Of a stretch of DNA of 45,230 bases, positions 12,901-21,803 are shown one piece after another. Origin of the DNA: Nemertoderma westbladi (lineage: Eukaryota; Animalia; Xenacoelomorpha); assembly GCA_032718475.1 (NCBI GenBank), contig JAUCBJ010000289.1, forward strand, positions 1-45,230, given 5' to 3'. Position numbers and translations under genes: made by a program. Positions within the stretch are counted from its first letter, which is position 1; every line of letters begins with the position of its first letter. The notes under the pieces were generated by a model. That model worked only from the letters and a program-made list of their open reading frames with translations, ran no database searches and was not told the DNA's origin.

Positions 12901-14561
12901 AGCCGTCAGCGGACAATGCGAGGGCCGAACAAGGTAAACCGCAACAACCGGTGACGGAAAGTAATAGGGGGATTGCGAGTATCCCCAGCGACGTGCGATC
13001 GAGCAGAGAAAGACAGGTTGACGTCGTGGGAGGGCAGACGGAGCGTCGAGCCCGATCAGAGGAGGAAAGAAGAACAGTGGGGTTTAACCGGGAGGTCGAC
13101 GAGAGATTTCGTGAGCGGGAATATTCCACTGATAGGAGAAGAGAGGAAGATAGTAGTAGAAGTATCGCCGCAAACGATAGAAGAGCGAGGACGGACAGCG
13201 AGCCGTCGGTAGTCGAGATGAGAACGGAGAGTCAGTGGGGTCGGACTCCGGGAGATTGCCGTCACCCCGGAGGGATGCGATCCGGTGAGACGCATTACAC
13301 GCCGAGAGAGGGGTACGCGATGTACCGGTACGAAGATGAAAACAGTGGAGAGGGGGGTCGAAGAGAAACTTTCCGACGGAATATACCTACCGATCGAGAA
13401 TACGGTAGCCGCGGGGAGGATTATTCGAGAAGAATAAACTTCGATCCCGAGCAACACATGCAGACTGTAGGGCATACTGTAGGTCTTACTGCACATACCG
13501 TAGGCCATACTGAGAGAGGCAATGTAGGCGATAGGATAGCGCGGACAACGGGATTAAACCCGGAAGTCGCGGAATACATACCGGCGGGTAGGCCAGAAGC
13601 TGATAGGCCTATACCGGTACCAGCACAGCAGTATGACTACAGCATGCAGGGACATAACATATACCCAGGGGAGGGGGGAATTATTGCGGATAGGTGCATG
13701 GGCCCCAACGTATTAACATCAACCCCAGTACCAGACATACCGGTGGGGGGGGGGACAGGGTGACATTCCCCCATCACAATATCAACAATATACCCCGATG
13801 GTAGCAAGAACAACGAGACCCTTGGACGAAAACAGATCGTGTGACACAGATATATGGAGGGGGCCGCTACCCCCAATGACATACCCATAGGGGGCGGCCT
13901 GGAAAGCCGACCCCGAGAGAAAAGAATTCCACCCCACACCCGATACTAGATCGGGATCCAGCGGGATTGTAACGCACTTTTATTGGTTGATGCTATCTTC
14001 TTACCGGGAAGATAGCATGGGGGGGAGTGTTAGCTTATTCAATCCCGCCAACACCCCATAAAGTTATTAGCCGATAAGCAATATTGGGAGCCACGAGATT
14101 GGGCAATTAACCAACTCGTGCCATCCCAATAAGAATGGGAAGGAGGCACACAATAGAGGGTCAGGGGCCAAACCCCTAACCCAAGGAGAACAGGTGGAGT
14201 GAACGGGAATACTCCACGGGGCGCCAACAAGGGTACCAATCAGAGGGGGGAATGGCATCGATTGAGTAGCAGTAAGGCCACCGTGCAATATAACCAATAA
14301 CCTATTAATCAGTGATTCAGTTATCTCAGTGCAGCAGTGCTAGCGTAGGGTACAGCCAATTAGTTTAGTTAGGGGATCACGGGACTTTAGTTACCGTATC
14401 CCGCCTACCGTATAATTCACAATATATCTATATCCTATAACCTATTATTATACACCGAACTTCAGAACTCAGTTATCTTTATTTCACTCTTATACACGGC
14501 GGGGACGCGTGGACTAAATACCACATCGGATAAATCGGGATCCCTCCTGGATCCCGTCACA
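9985..14561 (+). mobile_element. Non-autonomous LTR retrotransposon, BEL/Pao-like, pol-less
   Basis: LTRs 9985-10522 and 14028-14561 (TGT...ACA; two substitutions and one 4-bp indel seen). 5-bp TSD AATGT at 9980-9984 and 14562-14566. Polypurine tract 14019-14027. No RT or integrase motifs. Confidence 0.9.
10601..13763 (+). CDS. Low-complexity gag-like ORF of the LTR element, probably one frame broken at a G homopolymer
   Basis: ORFs 10601-12937 and 12951-13763; the second frame stays open back to the G-run at about 12872-12885. It has a PEDSASSV motif followed by an E/R coiled coil as in BEL/Pao gag N-termini, an Asn-rich tract, and 39-bp repeats (RQGAEGLVGHVVS). Confidence 0.6.
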
Positions 14562-14994
14562 AATGTCATGGGTGATAGGGAGTTGTGGCGGTGCAATTTT
14601 GTCGACAAGCCGACACAGCATTCTTAATATATATGTAATATATATAATGCAGCTGCAATGCAACGAAAGTAGTAGTAGTATGTATTAAGATCCTACTGAT
14701 ATAGATACATAGATATATGTACAAACAAACAGATCCGAATATGTATTACATACAGTATAGTAGATATCACATAAGAATAGGAGTAGGAGAATATGTACTG
14801 TAGTGGTATGGGGAGTCCAGAGTCCAGTTGTCCCTACACCTACAGTAACTGTTAGTTGTAACTTGATGAACCATTGCAGGAGGTAAATATTTGCTTGTTG
14901 CCATGGTTAAAGTGCGGCTATCAATCAATTTCAATGTATCCGCTTCTAGAAAAGAAGAGGGGGCCATTCACAATATATTTATAATGTTTCATAA

Positions 14995-15568
14995 CCTTCG
15001 AATACGTAAGGGAAAGGCATGGGCAGCCTTGAATAGGCTTTCCAGGATTTGGAATTCACCGAGAATTAATCGGAAACTTAAGGTCCGATTATTTAGAGCA
15101 GCAGTAGTTCCAGTACTCCTCTATGGGAGTCCATGCTGGGCTCTAACTGCTGAGGACACCAAATCTCTGGATGGCACATTCACAAGAATGCTACGCCGGG
15201 TTCATTGTGTCAAGTACAATGCACACATCTCCAACCAGACACTATATAACATTGGAGGCGTCTCATTGGTTCCCCCAAGCTTTACACTAGAACAAAATCG
15301 CATCCGCTTTGCAGGACATTGCTTTTGCCGTGAGGACCAGCCAGTGCATAATCTTGTACTTTGGCAGCCTCATGGAGTGAATAAGCATGGTGGACAGCCC
15401 ATTACTTTCTTGAGACGCATCTTAAAGGACACTGGCCTTGAAGATGCGGATGATCTAGCAAATGTCATGGGTGATAGGGAGTTGTGGCGGCGCAATTTTG
15501 TCGACAAGCCGGCACAACATTCTTAAAAATGCAGCTGCAATGCAGCATGCCGATCCTAGTAGTAGTAG
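14995..15568 (+). mobile_element. 5'-truncated RTE-clade LINE
   Basis: RIRKGKAWAALNRLSRIW...VVPVLLYGSPCWAL...RIRFAGHC...MGDRELWR, the typical RTE ORF C-terminus; (TAG)n tail. Confidence 0.9.
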
Positions 15569-15941
15569 ATCATAATCTTGGTGGATGGGGAACACAATTA
15601 GGTAATTGTTTAAAAAAATACTTATATTTTCCGTAAAACGACGTTTGAAGATGTATTCCGAGCAGTTGTAATGGTTGCCGGATTTTGAAAAAAATCACTA
15701 AAACGATATAAAAAAGCATATAGTAATTTAACATAAAATATGCGCACATTTGTCTTAATTAAATTAACAAATAATTTACTTGTAATGTTGGTCAAGTAAA
15801 TGCCTTAGATGGATATTGGAAGCACACATTTAAGTAGATGAAATTGCACAATTTCCTTAAAGGGAATAAACATTTTTATAATTCCGTTAAAGAATTATGT
15901 ATAGAGAATGAAATATACTAATAACATATTTTATATTTCAG

Positions 15942-16224
15942 AACGGAGACTTTACTTTGACCTCTGCAAGATTAATAACAAATACTTTCAGTTCCGCGCT
16001 AGTCTCGATACAGAACCGGTTATAATTGCTGCGAGTACATCGAATACTCTTCATATATTGGATATTGAAGGGAATATAAAATATGAAAGATTAAAAGAAG
16101 AAGCGAGTATAACATCCTTGACGAAATTAATAGACCAACCTGTTTTTGCTTATGGGTGTGTAAATGGTGTTATTCGCGTTTATAATAATGGCAAACATAC
16201 TAAATTACCATCAACGTCTAATTC
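15942..16224 (+). CDS. WD40-like exon 2 of the caspase/Apaf-1-like locus
   Basis: Phase-compatible acceptor; IIAASTSNTLHILDI and SITSLTKLIDQPVFAYGCVNGVIRVYN resemble beta-propeller blades; an in-frame TAA follows at 16226. Confidence 0.7.
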
Positions 16225-16250
16225 GTAATCCAATCAACATCTGTAATAGT

Positions 16251-16340
16251 CTGCTAGCTCCGGCCCCGGCTCCGGCACTTTTAGGTTGCTCCGGTCCGGT
16301 ACCCGGCTCCGGCAAAAAAAATTGCTCCGGTCGAACCCTA
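16251..16340 (-). mobile_element. One end of a possible hAT-like MITE
   Basis: Cluster of CCGG motifs ending in GGTCGAACCCTA (reverse complement TAGGGTTCGACC); no partner end found. Confidence 0.35.
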
Positions 16341-16413
16341 CTATATACCTGTATACTGATATACCTACAGACCTATATCAACAACCTCTGCCCGTGAGAG
16401 GGCAGAGGGCGCG

Positions 16414-19400
16414 ATGGCCGGCAGCCTGGACGCCTCCGCGATGAACCGGAGCATTGTTGGGCACTCCTCCTGCCCACAGTGCCGCCGGGAAATCGCGGTA
16501 AACTCCGACGGGCGACTCCGTGTCCACGGACCGCTCGCCAGTAGGTGTCCAGGCTCGCGTACCCCCACCGGAACTGTACTCCCTTCATCCCTCCGTCCTC
16601 CTCCTCCTACATCTACACCTCCACCCACTACTTCCACCCCTATTCCTCTACCACCGTGCCCCCCGACTTTCGACTGGGCCACCCTTGGGGAGTGGGATAT
16701 CTTGGCGCGGCTGCGGAACTGCAAACAACGGCAGCTGCGCCACGTCCCCAGGGCCGCGCGTTCCAACTTTGCAGACCTCCTCGCTGACATCCTCGGGGAG
16801 GTAGCCACGCGGCCCAACGAGCCCCAGGGGTGGCTTAAACTACTGACCGTCAGCCACCACTGCCTCGCTACGCCCAAACGCGGGGGTCGGCGCCACACTC
16901 GGTCACTCGCTGCCACAATCAACGCGCGAGTGGCCGCCTTCCGTGCCGACCCCTTCGCGGACTCTAACTCCCCCGCCCCCCCAACTGCCACGAAGAAGCG
17001 TGGTGGTGCAGAGCGACTCGCGACGGCCGTAGCCGAAAAGATCGAGGACTCTGACGTGAAGGGCGCCATCCGGTTGGCATCCTCAGCAGACTCACTTGCG
17101 CCCAACACGCCGGAGACACTGGAGGCGTTGCGGAAGAAACACCCCGCACGGCCCGACAACCGCCGTCCAAACCCACCTCCAGTGGACCTCAACACTACGG
17201 CCTCGCCTTGTTCCTCTACTATCGCCCGCAGACTTATCCTGTCGTTCCCGAGCGGCAGTGCCGGAGGACCAGATGGGTTGCGGCCCCAAATACTCAAAGA
17301 CCTGATCTCCCCCACCAACGGAGAGGCCGCGGCCCGTCTTCTACAACGACTCGCGGGATTCCTAAACACCACCACCTCCGGAGAAGTTCCCCTCGCCATC
17401 CGCCCCACCTTCTACGGCGCGAATCTCTTCGCGTTCACGAAGACGGAGGGTGGGGTGCGCCCGATCGCCGTTGGAAACACTCTGCGGCGACTGGTGGGGA
17501 AATACTCTGGCTTCCTAGCCCAGGGACCCCGTACCTCCTCCTATGGCACTGTCCAGCTCGGGATCGGCACCAAACTCGGCGCTGAAGCGGCGGCCCACGC
17601 AGCGAGGGCACTCTCCTCCTCCCCGAACCCACCCGGTAGTGTGTTGCTGAAGATCGACTTCAGCAACGCATTTAACTCCATCCGGCGGGATTCCATGCTC
17701 GAAACTGTGTACCAGTGTTACCCCAGCGTGTACAACTCCACGCTGGCGGCGTACGGAGCGCCTAGCTTCCTCCTCCATGGGGAGGATACACTCCTCTCTG
17801 AGGAAGGAGTTCAGCAAGGCGATGCGGACGGACCCCGGCTTTTCGGCGACACGGTGAACCCATTCATCCAATCGCTGCAGTCGAGGTTTAACATCTGGTA
17901 CCTAGACGACGGGAATCTCGCTGACCACTACCGGGTGGTGTTAGACGACCTCCGATCCGTCATCCTCGAGGGAGGTCGTTGCGGACTCCGGATCAACCCC
18001 TCCAAGTCGGAACTCTTCTTCCTTGGGGAGGAATCTCCGGAGTCCCGTCTATCCATCCAACGCAGGTTCGACGAGGTCTGCGAGGGGATTCAGGTGCGCC
18101 CACTAGAAGACCTGAAGATCCTGGGCGCACCCATAGGAGACAATGCCATCGTCTCCTGTCTCGACAACAAACTCGCGGACCTCCGGACTCTCGTCTCCCG
18201 ACTCCCTCTTCTCGACTCCCATCACGCCTTCTTCCTCCTGCGGTGCTCCTTCACCATTCCGCGACTGACGTACTTCCTCCGAACGGCTCCGTGTTTCGAC
18301 TTCCCGGGGCTGCTGGAGGAGTACGATTCCATCCAGCGGAGCACCCTGCAGGAGATATCCAACGTCCACCTGGACGACTCCGCGTGGGCACAATCCTGTT
18401 TGCCTGCGCGTTGCGGGGGTCTAGGACTGACCTCAGCTGTGCAGCTCGCACCTTCCGCCTTTCTGGCTTCCGCGGCTGCCTGCTCTGGACTCTCCTACTC
18501 CCTCTTTGAGTCTCCGGTGGACACCCCCTCCCCATCCCACAACCGTGCCCTCGCTGCGTGGTCAACGACTCTCGATCCTGTCGTGACCCCCGTTCCCCCG
18601 CCTCTAGCGCCACCATCCTTTACACCACCGCCACCACACGCAACGCCACCGCCACCATCCGCGACACCACCGCCTCCACCACCCACGACGCCACAACCCA
18701 CGACGCCACCGCCACCAGCCCTGACACCACCGCCTCCACCCACGACGACGCCACCACCCACTACGCCACCGCTACCACCCGCGACATCACCGCCACAACC
18801 CACTACGCCACCGCCACCGCCACCACACGCGACGCCACCGCCACCATCCGCGACACCACCCACGACGCCACAACCCACGACGCCACCGCCACCAGCCCTG
18901 ACACCACCGCCTCCACCCACGACGACGCCACCACCCACTACGCCACCGCTACCACCCGCGACATCACCGCCACAACCCACTACGCCACCGCCACCGCCAC
19001 CACACGCGACGCCACCGCCACCATCCGCGACACCACCCACGACGCCACAACCCACGACGCCACCGCCACCAGCCCTGACACCACCGCCTCGACCCACGAC
19101 GACGCCACCACCCACTACGCCACCGCTACCACCCGCGACATCACCGCCTCCACCCACGACGCCACAACCCACGACGCCACCGCCACCAGCCCTGACACCA
19201 CCGCCTCCACCCACGACGACGCCACCACCCACTACGCCACCGCTACCACCCGCGACATCACCGCCACCACCCACTACGCCACCGCTACCACCCACGACAC
19301 CACCGCCACTGTCCGCAACACCAACCACCCCCGCTGCTTTTCCGTCCGCGGCCACCAAGCAGTGGGCCTACCTGGCCCCTGTCCACGAGGCCAGGCTATC

Positions 19401-20175
19401 AGCCCTGCGGGAGTCCCTCCCACCATCCGGGGTGGCGAGGTTGAACTCCCTGGACCACCCCGCCGCAGGCTGCTGGCTTGACGCCATCCCCGTCAGCTCT
19501 CTGGGACTGAAGCTGACGGACTCGCAGTTCCGGATCTCGGTCGGCACTCGCCTTGGGAGCAGGCTAACCGAGCCCCACAGCTGTGCCCGGTGTGGCAAGG
19601 ATGTTCTGTCGGATGGCCTTCATGGGCTATCCTGCTCTAGGAGCCTCGGCAGACTTCCGCGCCACTCAATGGTTAACGACATTGTTCGCCGGGCGCTCAT
19701 CAGCTGTGGCGTCCCCGCTACGCTCGAGCCTCTAGGCTTGTGTAGAGGGGATGGGAAGCGAGTAGATGGCGTCACCCTGGTCCCGTGGAGCCGCGGACGG
19801 TTCCTCACGTGGGACGCGACGGTGGCGGACCCTCTGGCACCCAGCCACCTCGCCCAGACTCTATCCGCGGGAGGCCGTACTGCGGAGGAAGCGGAATCTC
19901 TAAAGATCCGCAAATATCAGGAACTCATGGACCGGGGCTACCTCTTCCACCCGGTGGCCTACGAGACATTGGGCCGCCCCGGCCCTGAAACATCCGAGTT
20001 CCTGAAGGAGATCGGGGCCAGACTCCACTCTGTCACCCAGGAGCCCCGATCTCACCGTTTCCTCCTGCAGAGGCTGGCAATCGCCATCCTAGTTGGCAAT
20101 GCGGCCTCCATCATAGGGACTGTGGACCCCTCACTCAACAATAACGAGGGACTCTACGAGATGGTCCACGGTCCC

Positions 20176-20178
<3 letters not shown>
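16414..20178 (+). CDS. Zn finger - reverse transcriptase - Pro/Thr repeat - Zn knuckle - restriction-like endonuclease (1254 aa)
   Basis: N-terminal CPQC..H..C; RT motifs GGVRPIAVG, KIDFSNAFN, GVQQGD, WYLDD; CARC..H..C; RHSMVND; RVDG...WDATV; KIRKY. Confidence 0.92.
18620..19325 (+). repeat. In-frame C/A-rich tandem repeat (177-bp / 59-aa unit) encoding a Pro/Thr tract
   Basis: CCATCCGCGACACCACCCACG recurs at 18844 and 19021; about 4 imperfect units. Confidence 0.9.
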
Positions 20179-20210
<32 letters not shown>

Positions 20211-20256
20211 ATACTCATTGTGCTTTTTGTACTTAGTAGTGCTTTTTGTACTTTAG

Positions 20257-21211
20257 TTATTTAATAATTTACTATAAACTATATTCGAATATAATACATG
20301 ATTTCACGTCTAATGACCGAGTAGGATTATTGGCATTTGTTACGCCATCAAACTATTTGGTTTCTTCTTATTGTGACTCTGAAAAAATCTGCGTGTGGAG
20401 TTATAACGAATCTGAGGAATTACTTGACTGGGATGGAAACTGGTTATCATTGAATAGTCCAACACTAATCCTTCACAGTTACTGGTGGTGGTTAGGAAAA
20501 AAAGAAAGACCTAAATTACTCCATAAAATTAACCCAAACCCAGGAATAAATATTAAGTATTTTGTTGCATTATGTGATAACAGGATAGCAACACTTCATA
20601 TGGATGGCAAGTTAGTCATCACGAATATATTATCAGGGAATGTTTTAATTGTTGATCAAATATTTCCTAATAATTATTGGTTGAAAGTTTTGCCTGATTT
20701 AAGTAATATCATAGTATTTAATTTTCCTGAAGAAAATACCCCTTTGATAAATTGGAATATTGAAGTAACTGATAGTGGTAGTGCATCTGTTGAACAGTGT
20801 ATTTCCAATATATCTGTATTCGGATTTTCAACCAACAGTTTATATATAGCTATAGGTTCTGATTCAGTTGTTTTTATTTACACCCAGGCTAAGGATAACT
20901 ATAATATTGATGTTGATAATTTAGACATTGGACCATTATTCGGTATTCATGGATGCAAATATAGAAGAACAGCTAAGATAATCGCATCAGAGCGAGTCTT
21001 ACAAATCGAGTTTATAAACAAGGATTGCAATTCGATTATTATTAGAGGACATTCGCACATTGCCATATATTTAATTAGAGGTTTATTGTTGCAAAGAATT
21101 CCTATAAGATACAGTCACTTCATTGATGATATCAGCTGTTCGTTAAGCTCATTGAAGTTTGTAGTTTTGGATGATGAAGATAATATATGTATATTTAAAC
21201 CTTTAATTTAA
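20257..21211 (+). CDS. C-terminal WD40-like segment of the caspase/Apaf-1-like locus
   Basis: Open frame of more than 300 codons with propeller-like blades (YLVSSYCDSEKICVWS, IATLHMDGKLVITNI, FSTNSLYIAIGSDSVVFIY). The end KFVVLDDEDNICIFK resembles the Apaf-1 terminus. The 5' boundary is uncertain. Confidence 0.7.
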
Positions 21212-21544
21212 AATATCATTGCTATATATTTATTTAGTTAATGATAACAACTATTGCTTTTGCTTTTGCTTACTTCAAGTTAATTGTTACGATATCATCT
21301 GATATGTTATGTGAATTGAAATGTTATCAAATGTTAGATTACCATTTTGAAATCTATTGGAAAATTTAGATATTTAATTAAAATAAAGTGTGTCTGTTGT
21401 AAATATATTTTTTACGCATGACATTTCATATCATTCGTCATATTTATTATCCTTTACCGGTTTTATTGATGATTCAAACAGCTGATTAAATTAATCACCC
21501 CCAAAAAAACAGTATCAATGCCCCACCCCACATGTTGCCTTCAA

Positions 21545-21803
21545 TCATCTTCACAGATATTCCTCCAAAAGGTTTCCATTCAATATCTATTCACAAACAT
21601 TCCTCCAACAGGTTATCATTCAATCTTCTTCACAAACATTCTTCCAAAAGGTTGTCATTCAATATTCTTCACAAACATCCCTCCAACAGGTTGTCATTCA
21701 ATATTCTTCACAAACATTCTTCCAAAAGGTTGTCATTCAATATTCTTCACAAACATTCCTCCAACAGGTTGCCATTCAATATTCTTCACAAACATTCCTC
21801 CAA
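21545..21803. repeat. 39-bp minisatellite, about 6 copies
   Basis: Unit CATTCAATATTCTTCACAAACATTCCTCCAACAGGTTGT. Confidence 0.9.

Larger units (their letters stand above)
8887..14681 (+). mobile_element. 5'-truncated RTE copy split by two later insertions
   Basis: 8887-9098, 9961-9984 and 14567-14681 join into a continuous RTE 3' end matching 15230-15568. Confidence 0.85.
16385..20260 (+). mobile_element. Apparently full-length CRE-clade (RLE) non-LTR retrotransposon
   Basis: GC-rich island with a single intact ORF, a 5' hairpin and a poly-C run after the stop; no TSD resolved, so the ends are approximate. Confidence 0.85.
5300..21211 (+). pseudogene. Caspase-NB-ARC-WHD-HD2-WD40 (caspase/Apaf-1-like fusion) locus, disrupted in this copy
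   Basis: Exon 1 is 5300-7497 (stop at 6830, +4 bp at about 7007). Phase-1 intron 7498-15941 (G|GTATGT...TACTAAT...TTTCAG|AA). Exon 2 is 15942-~16224, and a final WD40 segment runs ~20257-21211. Confidence 0.75.

Noticed and set aside
16414-16495. GGCCGGC start resembling an HDV-like ribozyme
   Set aside because: Could not build the P1/P2/P3 nested pseudoknot; only a simple hairpin inside coding sequence.
16365-17408. 347-aa antisense ORF
   Set aside because: Shadow of the GC-rich CRE ORF, with no recognisable motifs.
18495-19481. Overlapping Gly/Val-rich (-) and Thr/Ala-rich (+) ORFs
   Set aside because: Alternative frames of the stop-poor Pro/Thr repeat.
20179-20209. Poly-C run after the CRE stop, and other long G/C runs
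   Set aside because: Such homopolymers occur throughout the window and their lengths are unreliable; no specific function is supportable.
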